DNA of 64,000 bases from Tubulanus polymorphus (Eukaryota; Animalia; Nemertea): positions 3,992,175 to 4,056,174 of the forward strand of contig NC_134032.1 in the NCBI RefSeq assembly GCF_964204645.1, in the 5' to 3' direction. Position 1 is the first letter of the stretch. Each line of letters begins with the position of its first letter. Position numbers and translations under genes: made by a program. The notes beneath the pieces are model-generated. The model ran no database searches. It was not told the DNA's origin and saw nothing but the letters and a program-made list of their open reading frames with translations. This document shows, piece after piece, positions 9,266 through 22,654 of this stretch.

Positions 9266-12200
9266 TAAGTATTGTTGGTGCCATCGTATATGATACGATA
9301 AACATATATGTTAGTGGGTGCACCATATAGCCGTGATATTTTAGAGGGAACAAATTATAACACTCAATTGTATACGTATATGGGCTAGAGAGCGCATACG
9401 TGCTTAGGTTTATCACTGACATACCGTGAAAATAGCAACAGTGAGTTTGGTGAACTGTGTAAACAAAGTGAAGAATAAATGAACGACGCATTTATAAGTA
9501 ATCATTCCTTTGCGAAATAAGCATTGCGTTTATCAATCACGAAAAGTACAATTCATTGGCCATGTGGCCAAAAGAAAAAACGTTTGAGACGCTGAAGCAA
9601 GAGTTTCGGTGGGCAGCAATCAAACCCAGGCAAGTATGGCGCCAGAGAGGCGATCCGATGTTTATTGGACAGTGTCTGTCATCGAGAGGATTTCCGTGGT
9701 TGCGCCAGACGTGATGACGCAATCAACTGGGACTATCGTAGCTACGTCACCAAGCAATGATGCTGACCTACTATTTTGATATCGGAAAAGCTGACCGTGT
9801 GAAGAAATTGATATCTGTTATCACTCATCACCGCTCAATGAGATACACGTGAGAATCCCACCTGTTGCTGGCGCACTGTTGCCGGGGCACCGCTCCAGGG
9901 GAAATTAGTACGTATGATCACAAATGTGAAAATGCAGTGTTAAGTATTATAGCAATACAACACGACAATTTGAGTCGCTTTATCGCTTTTCTAGCAATCA
10001 ATAAATGGTCCATATCGTGCGTACTGATCACGCCGCTTAAAGCGTATGTATGTTTCAATGCGCGAAATTAGATAGTTCCAATTGTCACCTAATTTTTCTT
10101 TGCTTTCCGGAAGAAATTCTAATGTGTCGTTACTTTTACGCAAAGAGTGTAAACATGTAACAATTAATTATTGGAAACAATACGATAGTTTTGTGCTTGA
10201 AGATAAGATACTGCCCGCGCGCATCAATCGACCGCGCTTTACTAAAAGTATTCAAATAGGCCTGCAACTGCTGTGTCGAATCGATGATGAGTGTTGCATT
10301 ATATTCATCTCTCACTAAATCGCAAATTTTTCTCTGGCTTTGCGCATATTTTATTTCAAGTAGTGAGAAAAAATGGTACGGTTAGCTTTGGTGCTACTGA
10401 TGTCGATTTCGATTCTTGTATCTCATCATTCCAGAGAGCAGTGGAAATATGTATGTAGAGATTTAGGGGGATGAGGGTTATTGAGGCTTGGGTCACATAA
10501 TTTTTCTGAGATCGGTAGATCACATTTTGCGGCCGTAAAAGCGTTCATTGTTTGTGTTTTCCCGATCTCCGTTTACCTTACGTTGTACATGTATATATAA
10601 GTGTAACACGGAAAATCCCAATGCCAGGTATTGATGTGCAGTCGCGGCCATGGCCATGTTTCAGAAGGTACCGGTATAATACCACGGAATATAAATGTTC
10701 TAAACTCGAAAGGGGGACACCCTTTGAATTTCTGATATTTTTCGAGCCTCAGGACTTTTAGTCCTCTAGTTGCTTTTTTGTAGTATCCGGTGAGCGTGGT
10801 TCACGTGTGTTCAGGCACGGGGCCAAGTTTTTGGCGGTAGCCTGTTCCACGGCCAATTTGGCCCGTGCCCAATTGGCCTCTGTGTGATGACGGCTGATGT
10901 GATTTACAATTAACCGATAATCTGTAGTTCTAATCCAACCACTTAGACTTCACTTAAACACTTGATCCAACACTTGCCGGCCCCTTGGCGTGTTTTCCAT
11001 GGTCCACAGGGGTTGTCTTCTTAGGGTATTTAGGTGGAGAAAAAGCTTTGAGGGGGTACATGGTACACCGGGGTAAGGATGGGCTGCGCCAGAACCGGGG
11101 TCGGGCTGCGCCAGAACCGCGGTCCACAGGGGTTGTCTTCTTAGGGTATTTAGGTGGAGATAAAGCTTTGAGAGGGTACACGGTATACCGGGGTAAGGAT
11201 GGGCTGCGCCAGAACCGGGGTCGGGCTGCGCCAGAACCGCTATTTTGTATACTACTAAAGTATTGTTGGTGCCATCGTATATGATACGATAAACATATAT
11301 GTTAGTGGGTGCACCATATAGCCGTGATATTTTAGAGGGAACAAATTATAACACTCAATTGTATACGTATATGGGCTAGAGAGCGCATACGTGCTTAGGT
11401 TTATCACTGACATACCGTGAAAATAGCAACAGTGAGTTTGGTGAACTGTGTAAACAAAGTGAAGAATAAATGAACGACGCATTTATAAGTAATCATTCCT
11501 TTGCGAAATAAGCATTGCGTTTATCAATCACGAAAAGTACAATTCATTGGCCATGTGGCCAAAAGAAAAAACGTTTGAGACGCTGAAGCAAGAGTTTCGG
11601 TGGGCAGCAATCAAACCCAGGCAAGTATGGCGCCAGAGAGGCGATCCGATGTTTATTGGACAGTGTCTGTCATCGAGAGGATTTCCGTGGTTGCGCCAGA
11701 CGTGATGACGCAATCAACTGGGACTATCGTAGCTACGTCACCAAGCAATGATGCTGACCTACTATTTTGATATCGGAAAAGCTGACCGTGTGAAGAAATT
11801 GATATCTGTTATCACTCATCACCGCTCAATGAGATACACGTGAGAATCCCACCTGTTGCTGGCGCACTGTTGCCGGGGCACCGCTCCAGGGGAAATTAGT
11901 ACGTATGATCACAAATGTGAAAATGCAGTGTTAAGTATTATAGCAATACAACACGACAATTTGAGTCGCTTTATCGCTTTTCTAGCAATCAATAAATGGT
12001 CCCTATCGTGCGTACTGATCACGCCGCTTAAAGCGTATGTATGTTTCAATGCGCGAAATTAAATAGTTCCAATTGTCACCTAATTTTTCTTTGCTTTCCG
12101 GAAGAAATTCTAATGTGTCGTTACTTTTACGCAAAGAGTGTAAACATGTAACAATTAATTATTGGAAACAATACGATAGTTTTGTGCTTGAAGATAAGAT

Positions 12201-12964
12201 ACTGCCCGCGCGCATCAATCGACCGCGCTTTACTAAAAGTATTCAAATAGGCCTGCAACTGCTGTGTCGAATCGATGATGAGTGTTGCATTATATTCATC
12301 TCTCACTAAATCGCAAATTTTTCTCTGGCTTTGCGCATATTTTATTTCAAGTAGTGAGAAAAAATGGTACGGTTAGCTTTGGTGCTACTGATGTCGATTT
12401 CGATTCTTGTATCTCATCATTCCAGAGAGCAGTGGAAATATGTATGTAGAGATTTAGGGGGATGAGGGTTATTGAGGCTTGGGTCACATAATTTTTCTGA
12501 GATCGGTAGATCACATTTTGCGGCCGTAAAAGCGTTCATTGTTTGTGTTTTCCCGATCTCCGTTTACCTTACGTTGTACATGTATATATAAGTGTAACAC
12601 GGAAAATCCCAATGCCAGGTATTGATGTGCAGTCGCGGCCATGGCCATGTTTCAGAAGGTACCGGTATAATACCACGGAATATAAATGTTCTAAACTCGA
12701 AAGGGGGACACCCTTTGAATTTCTGATATTTTTCGAGCCTCAGGACTTTTAGTCCTCTAGTTGCTTTTTTGTAGTATCCGGTGAGCGTGGTTCACGTGTG
12801 TTCAGGCACGGGGCCAAGTTTTTGGCGGTAGCCTGTTCCACGGCCAATTTGGCCCGTGCCCAATTGGCCTCTGTGTGATGACGGCTGATGTGATTTACAA
12901 TTAACCGATAATCTGTAGTTCTAATCCAACCACTTAGACTTCACTTAAACACTTGATCCAACAC
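8983..12964. repeat. Near-perfect 1991-bp tandem duplication (8983-10973 / 10974-12964)
   Basis: Identical ORF tracks offset by 1991; only three substitutions noticed by eye (near 9266, 10012, 10071). Confidence 0.95.
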
Positions 12965-13189
12965 TATGGTTGCAGTAAGGTGCGTCCTCTAGTATCAAAT
13001 ACAGGTGACCTCTCATTACCCCTCAAGAGCCTTGTTACCTATTGAAATGTCTGATCCATTTCTTGTTACTTATTCGCTAGGTGGCGCTCTCCTCTATCTG
13101 ATAAAACGGTAAGCCAAACATTAAACATTGAACATTAAACATCAACAACGTTGACCACGACCGCGGTCAATCGAATACATGGACACAAC

Positions 13190-16100
13190 AAATCGCCAGG
13201 TGATGGCGCAAGCCTATCATGACGTCCAAACACGATTGCGTAAGCATATCTACTGACCGCGAGCGGTTACTACACGTAACGAAGTTGCGTCTATTTTAAT
13301 ATCTAGCTATGGAAATAGGTTACTTTATAAAATATGCTACAGGTGTGAACCTCATAGATATAAACATGTACATCTTCTTGCATTCATTGTGTAATAAGCG
13401 AAATTAACGTAAATTTCATCCTTAATGTAAACAGTGCAACAATGTTATCAAGTTTTTAGCATTCTATCCAACTGGATCGTGAAGAAAGTTGATCACAATC
13501 AATTAAGAAATATTGTAAATAATAGTTAATCAGCAAGTCGTTGACAATTCAATGTTTTCAATGTATAAAGACATGAGAATTTTAACCATAACATAGTGGA
13601 TATACGGTAACGAAGGGCTAAATTAAGACGCAAATAAAGTCAAAATACCAAAAGAGAATAAAGATTATAAGATAGATGAAAAAAGATATATACATTCATT
13701 TACGAAGAGGTGCGAAAACAGCAAAATCGTTTCCAATCGAACATGAAATCATGGAATGATGTGGAAGAGCACTGATTCATTTCTTGAGGATTGACAAATT
13801 CGATGTTCACATTTCTGAATGTTTGGGGCTACAAGAACCAAGGCTAACCACGTTATCATTATTATAATAAGCTTTGTCTATTATCTATGAGTTATCTATA
13901 CGTATTTATGTGCGCTCTCATTTCCGGCCATTTTCGGTTTAGGGATGAGAAAAATGTTCTTTTCTATGGAATTTGATAGATAGGCGGGCAGAAAGCATCT
14001 GTTTATTTTATATCTTTCAATTTCATGGGCTTGCAGATATTGATTTCTTGGTGAGGGGATTCGATAACTTTCGTTAGAAACTTTCTCTGTTGTTAAGGGC
14101 TCGGGAACAATCGATGGTTAATTGATTAAAGAGGCGAATAACATATGAAGAAGTCGATTCGGTGACGAGAAAAACGACCGAGCAATACACACGTTCTTAA
14201 ACCGAGTTATGTTATTAATAGACGCAGCTTACTGACGTATAAAAGCTACATACAGCTGACCGCTCTCGCGGTCGCATACGCAATCGTGTTTAGACGTCTG
14301 GGTTGGCTCGCGCCATCACCTGGCGATTTCTTGTCAAGGTCGAGGTCGACTTTCTTTATCAGCAGAGTAGACATTTACGTAGTTACGTGAAATGTCTGGC
14401 ATAGTGTATACCAGCGCCACCTGGCGAATAAGTAGCCAGCTTCACATTTTGAATCGGGAGCCGAACCAGTAGCCGGCTCCCAGTTCCCGGTTCCCGATTC
14501 GGCTCCCGATTCAAAACCTGAATCGGTAGCCGAAAGAGTAGCCGGCTCCCGGTTCCCCGTTCGGCTCCCGATTCAAAAGCATTTTGAATCGGGAACCGAT
14601 CACAGGGGTCCAAATTTCATCGAAATCGGATAAAAAATAATGATTTTCAAAAAATTTGAAATGTCTAAAATCTTTAATCTTGGCCCTATCTCTACAAAAA
14701 AAGATCGCTAGCATCAGATTTTCATTCCCACTATGACTAGATTATTTAAAATTAGTTTAGAACTTGATATGAAAACTTTTATGAATTTGTCAAATTTAAC
14801 TGTGTGTGACCTGCTTTTCTCAAGTGTTTGCCACCCGGTTTACTAGCATCCATACTCCTCGGCCTTTAAAAGGAAAGAAATTTCCGAGGATTTCGCTTAT
14901 TTCACAAAACCTTCAATGAATGAAAGAAGATATTATGAGTTGCTGAGTCAAAGTGCATGTCAACGCTCCGGGCAACGCTCGCGGTCAGCACACCTGGTTG
15001 CGCGATGTGTTTAGACGTCTCGATTGGCCTCGTCTCGACTGGTGGTCAAGGTTGCGGCTAGCACTTGAGAGCGGACACCATAGTTACGCAATCATAACAT
15101 GTACCTGTCCGCAATAGAGTCGAATCGAATAAGTAGCCAGCTTCACATTTTGAATCGGGAGCCGGCTACCGGTTCCCGATTCGGCTCCCGATTGAAAATG
15201 ATTTTAAAATATGTTGACAATATTTCAATACACATTTCAATAGCCAACTTCATATCGCTGACAAAGGTGAACCAATTAACTAACCCGAATTAAGCATTTT
15301 CCATTAGAATTATCACCTAAACCGGGCCCAGGGCAGAAGAACTAGCAACATATAACAACTCATGCAGTACATCTTTCTCGTATCAGACCGATGATGCTCA
15401 CATTGCAGTATTCTCCACTATTACATTCCCCAGAATTGACGTCATCCGCGTCTCTGTAGGCAGACAAAATGAAATTAGGTCACCGACGTCTCTGTAGTCA
15501 ACGAGCAACAGCTGACGCTCACATCGCGCAAATGTTTGTTTTCATCATCGCGCGCAGTGACGTCACGCGGAAAGTCCAAACTTAATGGTATAAAAGTCTA
15601 CCTAAACTTTATCGTATCGGCACGAAATCTATTCATAAACACAGATCAGACCATCCTCTTTTAATCCATACCACTCAACGCGTAATCGAAGCCACACGAA
15701 CGGAGATTACGCGCTACAAAGTTAATACGCTATGGCTTAGCCGCTTATAGTATAGAATATAGTTGCATAGTAACTGTGTATATTGAAGTCACACGCGTGT
15801 TTTTAATTCAGACGTCTCTATGAGCCTGGTGGCCGAGGTCAGGTTGCACTCATTTCAGCAGACATAGTTACGTAATTATGTTTACCTGCTGTCCGCAATA
15901 GAGTCGAATCGAATAAGTAGCCAGCTTCACATTTTGAATCGGGAGCCGAACCAGTAGCCGGCTACCGGTTCCCGGTTCCCGGTTCGGCTCCCGATTCAAA
16001 ATGGTTTTGAACCGGGAACCGGGAACCAGTAGCCGCTTCCCGGTTCCCGATTCGGCTCCCGATTCAAAATAATTTTGAATCGGGAGGAAATCGTCACACG

Positions 16101-17310
16101 CGTGGTGTTAATTCAGACGTCTCGATTAGCCTGGTGGCCGAGGTCAAGGTTGCACTCATTTCAGCAGACATAGTTACGTAATTATGTTTACCTGCTGTCC
16201 GCAATTGAGTCGAATCGAATAAGTAGCCAGCTTCACATTTTGCAATTGAGACGTCTAAACAACCATCTTATCTCTGCGCCAATGTTAGTGGTCTCTTTGT
16301 TTTACCACGCAACCGTGGTAACTATTGGATTAGAATTTTTGTGTGCGCTCTCATTTCCAGCTATTTTCGGTTTAGGGATGAGAAAAATGTTCTTTTATGT
16401 TTTCTATGGAATTTGATAGATAGGAAAATATTAAGTTTAATAGAATATTGAAGTGATTGTTTTTTCATCTTTGACAATGGATTTACCCTGCATGAAGGGT
16501 GATTTATACGGCGGGCAGAAAGCGTCTGTTTATTTTATATCTTACAATTTCATTGGCTTGCAGATATTGTTTTCTTGGGGATTCGATAACTTTCGTTAGA
16601 AACTTTCTCTCTTGTTAACCCTTTCAGTGCTGACTAATCAATACCCTATAGCGCGGGAACAATCGATGGTTTATTGATTAAATGATTAAAGAGGCGAATA
16701 ACATATGAAGAAGTCGATTCGGTGACGAGAAAAACCCAGGAAGAAAGACACTCTAAATATTTGGATGGATATATGAAATCTGTGGGTACTGGAGTGTCTA
16801 ATGGGTAGTGTAGTGTGATCTGTGTGCATTTGTGGCCAGCACACAGATCACATTGTTCAATGGGGTTTGGTCCAGGACTCGCGAGATTTTCAACAAAGCG
16901 GAAGTAACGTGTAGTGTGATCTGTGTGCATTTGTGGCCAGCACACAGATCACATTGTTCAATGGGGTTTGGTCCAGGACTCGCGAGATTTTCAACAAAGC
17001 GGAAGTAACGTGTAATAAATGATGACTTGAATTGCATGACTACCTTCCACCCCTCATTATTGTTGGAAAACTAAACGTTCCGCACTGACTAAAAATTAGT
17101 AATAACATTTTAGAAATGGCCAGAATTTTAACTTAGGTTCTATCTCATTTTTATTTTACAATTGCGATCGGTATAATTTTTTTTTAAACGGCCGTTAAGG
17201 CTTCATGTTTCGTCTGCAATTCACTGCAAATAGTTACGCAACAGCATTTTGAATCGGGAGCCGAATAAGGGACCGGGAACCGGGAGCCAGCTTCACAGGG
17301 GTGAAAAAAT
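13190..17310. repeat. Cluster of foldback/MITE-like and locally duplicated repeats
   Basis: Inverted match of about 13190-13270 with 14258-14330. Palindromic GAATCGGGAGCCGAA..TTCGGCTCCCGATTC modules near 14450-14600, 15150, 15935-16085 and 17250. 13905-14180 recurs at 16340-16735. A roughly 103-bp tandem pair at about 16808-17012. Confidence 0.7.
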
Positions 17311-17369
17311 ACGCACATGTGTCCCTACCTAAAGTATTCGCACACAAAGGCTAATTGAGCCATGTGATT

Positions 17370-18445
17370 ACATTTTGCTCAGGCCTTGTCTGCTGACCTG
17401 ACATTTATAGTCAAACCTCGATCCAAAACGTTCATGTGATCACGGCTTGTATTCAAGAAAACAAGAAATCATTATGTATGCCTGTACATTTTGCTGTACG
17501 TAGGTTTGGTATACCGGATTCTCCAATCTCGACAACTGAGTGTACGGTACAGCTGAATGCATTATTCCAATGGGAATAGGGCCCATTGATTGGGCTTATT
17601 ATTTCGTGCTTTAGAATATTGAAATAAGCCAATGTTCATTCAAATATCCAACATCAGTGAAAGTTTGAATACTGTATACATGTATATAGGTTTTCATGTT
17701 CTATGAATATTTTGCGGTTCATGGGTATATGCTGATGTCAAACACCAGAAGATAAATGGTCAAGGGCAGTCAGTCAACACCAACTCTTTTCGACCGATGT
17801 TGCATCATGTACGGTCTGAATCGTTCAACTCAAGCAAAGCGATTAACACAGTCGACATAACACTGGAATAGTTTGCAGTGACTAACAGTTTATTAGCCCG
17901 TGGAAGAGGTTTGATATTTACGCACGTGTTGCAAGGTTTAAATTGTTCATCAGTATAGAATTAGTAATCCATAAAAGCCAAAATCAACATCGGCCCAATA
18001 CCCAGACCAAAGCAATTCATAATCAATCGATTGAATCCACAATACAATATATGTATATATTCAAATATTTCAATAAAAAGATTAATTCCTTGAAATCTGT
18101 TCTAAATCCTAATACGTTACTATATCAGTAAATGTATTCAACACCTATTGAGTCAGCCGATTCTTAAGATGGTTTCTTAATAGAATATATATATTTTAAG
18201 CGTGGTGATACAAAATAAATGCTTGGTCTAATCAATTCATATTTATCGATTTTACGTCCACGTAAGTTCGGTTTCAAAACTGAATAACATTGGACGTTGA
18301 CACAGTGGTTGTATATTAGGTTCGAATCTGTCAATACATTATATTTCATGTATCGGCATTTAAATTTTCAATAATTCCTATCAACCTGAATGGCATGGTG
18401 CGGATTAGCAGAAAACCCGTTGTCGCTGCTTTGCAGCTATATTTA
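17370..18445 (+). repeat. Interspersed repeat (3' part of Helentron-like family); related copies at about 20940-22370 and 30102-30712
   Basis: Colinear similarity between the three segments; all end in (C)AGAAAACCCGT..CGCTGCTT(T/G)GCAGCTATATT. Confidence 0.7.
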
Positions 18446-19269
18446 TTAGGGTTTTCTGTTTCTTCACAGAAAACCCTATTGAAATTCGAGTGATTATTAT
18501 TTTTTTTCCCTTTTCCACACAGTTTTTGTTAAAAGTGTAAAGGCTTCCTTACCTTACCGCTGTCGCCGATACAATCCGTATGATATCATTCAGCTCAGTT
18601 CAATCTCGAGATACTGCATGGGAATTTTGATAAATCCACGTTATAAAGGCACTGTCGAGCCGTAAACATCGGAAATTTGGCTCCGTTCAATTAGTAGCCA
18701 TGTTGTGTTTTCTTTCCGAAATTTTTCTCTTCTTTATGAGGAAGAGCTATCGAATTATTCCCTCTCTTCTCCACAATCAATTTCAAAGTCAATTTTATGA
18801 ATTTATTGCTCAGCGGGTCCGAGTCCAAGAGTTTACGAGTCCGGCGTTCGCGTGTCTGACAGGTTTACGGGCATTTGTTGGTTATATCTTTAATATTTTT
18901 GATTTCTTGTTGTTCCGGTTATTTCATTTAAGTATATTGCTGATCAGTTCATGTAACCAAAACCGTCAATAAACAGATTTTGAATTGATCAAGTTTAAAT
19001 CAAGGTCGTTGAGTCGCGGAGGGCTATTAGAATTACGTTCGTCTCAGAGAGAAAACAAACGACAGAAAAGTATCAGGTGATTATCGATAGCCTACTACGG
19101 TACACACAGTTGACAAACAGTGTTAGGCCTGTGCCGGTTGGTGCGTACTGGGAATAAATATACTGGTTGGTCAGTTGGTTCGGTTGTGAAGTGTGGAAGC
19201 TAAGAAAGCCTACCGGTATTTATTTGTCTATATAGGCCTATTATATAGTACCCAATAGCATTTTAAGTA

Positions 19270-19601
19270 CGTAGTTGTTACCTGTACGTGACTGTACGGT
19301 GATCTCCACAGGTTAACCATACGTGAGTTCCCTACTAACGCCGTACGTGAGTTCCTATAATCTGCAAACACGCGTGCGTAAAAGAATAGAGTTTGGGTTA
19401 GGTGAGGCTAGGCTATTTGTAAATCAAATTTCATTTAACCTGCAGTTACGTTCTGTGGCACAGTCGGTAAATCACTGGACTACTACTAGATTTTTTTTCG
19501 TTTGGTTTCGAATCCCAATATTGCATGTCTGAGCGTCAACGTACTCACATATGGCTAACCTGTAGTAATCGCCGTACAGTCACGTACAGGTAACAACAGC
19601 G
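19270..19601. mobile_element. MITE with about 60-bp TIRs and 9-bp TSD (Mutator-like), carrying a tRNA-like segment
   Basis: TSD TTTTAAGTA at 19261-19269 and 19602-19610. TIR CG(TA/CT)GTTGTTACCTGTACGTGACTGTACGG. Internal A-box TGGCACAGTCGG and B-box-like GTTTCGAATCCC. Confidence 0.8.
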
Positions 19602-19786
19602 TTTTAAGTATTAAGTGAGTGCGACAAGCCTACCATGCCTATGTGCTACAAACACAACTTTTTCCCCTCTCGTCGGCCCTACAGTGATGTTACTAATAAC
19701 TGGTTCCATTATAACATGGATAGGATTTGGTCAGGACAAGCCTAAAGTCTAATTCAGTCTATGTACTAATTCACTCGATAGGCCTA

Positions 19787-20902
19787 TTTTTAGCCCACTT
19801 GGGACTTTAGTCCCAGCGTGCTATTGTGTTCACTTTTCGTCCGTCGTCCATCCGTCCGTAGACGGAATCCAGTCATTTTGGGAAGTTTTGAAGACGCCTC
19901 AATGTAATGTCTTGATATTTGGGTTACACATGTATCTACTCTAGACACATCTTCAGCCCAAAAACTGGCCATGTCAGAATCAAGATGGCCGATTGGCAGC
20001 CATTGTTGTTTGACAAAATCAACACTTTTTACACATTTTTGAACTTTTTGAGGGAAATTTTGAAGACGCTTTGATCAGTTACCTTGATCTTTTGGATGTA
20101 TGTGAATCCCCCCAGAGCCCATTGCCCATAACAAAAATTGGGTCGATCGGACTCAAGATGACCGACCGTCCTATGACCTTTTTAGTGGCCAAAAATGTCA
20201 ATTTTGGCCCGAATTCTGAGTGCTGTTGCTCCCTACTGGTTCGCCATTTCTCATTGCAATTTGCGATGGGTATTCTTTGAAAAGGGATGATTTATACCTG
20301 AGATATGTATTTTTGATCAGCCAATTATGACGCAATTGGCGACCATCTTGGTGTCATAAGCACTCATTCGTAGGTGGGAAAAGTTTTTCCACATTATATT
20401 GTTGATATTTAAGCATATTTTCTTACCACAATCAATTGAAAAGTTGTAGCTGATGACATGGTTTATGATTGTGGTGAGTTTGAAGGTCATTGGTTTTTTT
20501 GTATATGGCCAGCAGGGGGCGTTTAATACAATATCTTAGTATTTCTATATTATATTCGTATCAATGCATATTTTGTAACCACAATCAATTGCAAAGTTGT
20601 AGCTCATGACATCATCTATGATTGTGACAAGTTTTAAGGCCAATAGTTATTCTATATGGTCACCAGGGGGCGTTTAATAGTAGAACAACTTAGTATTTCC
20701 TTATTATATTGGTATCTAGGCATATTTTGTTACCATGATCAATTACAAAGTTATAGTTCGTGACATGTTTTATGATTGGGGTGAGTTTCAAGGTCAGTGG
20801 GTTTTGAATATGGTCACCAGGGGGTGTGAATATTGAAATTGTTAGATTGTTGAGCATTCGGAACCACTTCCCAATTGGGCATGGTGTCCCTGGACCCCTA
20901 GT
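19787..20902 (+). mobile_element. Non-autonomous Helentron/DINE-1-like element; partial copy at about 29625-30101
   Basis: Starts in a T run; subterminal inverted repeat GCCCACTTGGGA / TCCCAA(T/G)TGGGC; GTCC microsatellite; internal tandem units; 3' stem-loop followed by CTAGT. Confidence 0.7.
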
Positions 20903-22654
20903 TAAAACAATACAGTGAAGTATTCACACGCATAAAGGCCAATTGATTTGAGCCATGTGATTAAATTTGACCAGGCCTTCTCTGACCTGACATTAATAGT
21001 CAAACCTAGATCCAAAACGTTCATATGGTCACGGCTTGTATACCAGAAATCATTGTAGGTCTGTACATTTTGCTGTTCGTAGGTTTGGTATACCGATTTC
21101 TCCATTCTTGACTGATAAGTGTACGGTACAGCTGTACATATTATACAATTGTTCCAATGGGAATAGGGCCTATTGATTGGGCTTATTATTTCCTGCTTTA
21201 GAATACTGAAATAAGCCTAAGGTTCATTCAAATATCCAACATCGGTGAAATTTTGATTACTGTATACATGTACTGTAGGTTTTCATGTTGTATAAATATT
21301 TTGAAGTTCAAATGAGTATGATGCTGATTGCAATGTCAAACGCATGAAGTTAGATGGACAGTCAACACCAAGATATCTCTCTTCGACCGATGTTGCACCA
21401 TAGAAGATCTGATTCTTTCAACTCAAGCAAAGTTCATGATTCAACACGATCGACATAACACTGAAATAGGTTTGCTGTAACTAAACGGTACATTTCATTT
21501 AGTCCTATGTACTTTTTTAGCCAATTTGAATTTTGAACTCTGGAACTGTTAACAAAAGACAAGTTAAAAAAGACACAAGTTATGCCTGATTCTCATGATC
21601 AAATTTAATTCAAAATAAAATTTATTTTATTACATCATATTTACAAAGCATATCATTGGTTCATACAGTAATAAAAATTAGGAAAGAACAAATATCACTA
21701 CAGAATTTTAAAAAAGGCAATGAATTTCTATAACTAAATGAACATTATTTTTCTAATAACTCAGATCAAGAGTGATTCTCCCGTTTATTAGGAAACACAC
21801 GCAACTAGTGGAATAGGTTTGATTTACACACATGTTGCAGGTATCAATTGTTTATCACTATAGAATTTGTAATCCATAAAAGCCAAAATCAACATCAACC
21901 GGAAACCCAGACCAGATCAATTCATAATTTATTGATTGAATCTACACTACAATATATGTACATGTATTTATTAAAATATTTCAATAAAAACATTAACTTC
22001 TTCAATCTATTCTAAATCATAATACGTTCTTATCTGTAAATTCACTCAATCTATCGACTCAGCAGGTGCTTAAGATGAATTCTTAATAGGACAGATCCAT
22101 TTTTAAGCATGGTGATAATACAGTATCATGATGTTTGAATGCCAAAATAAATGCCTGGTCAAATAGATTAATATTTGTTGATTGTACGTCCGCGTATGTT
22201 CGGTTTCAAAGCTGAATCATATTTGACGTTTACACAGTGGTAGCATATTAGGTTCGAATCTGTCAATGCATTTTATTCTATGTATCGATATTTCAATTTA
22301 CTACAATTCCCACCTTTCTGAATGGCTTTGCGGAAAACCCGTCATCGCTGCTTGGCAGCTATATTTATTGTTATTTTTTCTGGGGACATTTTTTCTCGGG
22401 TCATTTCTTCCGTATACCAGACCAGACACTTTGACTCTGGAAAACCGACTGGACGGACTATAGGCAGGCAATATACGATATATAAGTGGAGGTTGGTTAT
22501 GGAATGAGAGAGGAACGCGCGTGTATCATAAAAAATAAGGTCATATAGGGGCCGTTGGTCGGTACAGTAATTATTAGCTTGACGATGAATTCATGAAACT
22601 GTTTTAAATCGTTATATCATATTCGCTGAATAAATCAAAACTTGAAATCGATGG

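Noticed and set aside
8958-12752. Short ORFs within the duplicated unit
   Set aside because: No homology cues; several simply translate the 120-bp subrepeats.
8983-12964. LTR pair of an LTR retrotransposon
   Set aside because: Units are directly adjacent, lack TG..CA ends, PBS or PPT, and the nearby RT is non-LTR type.
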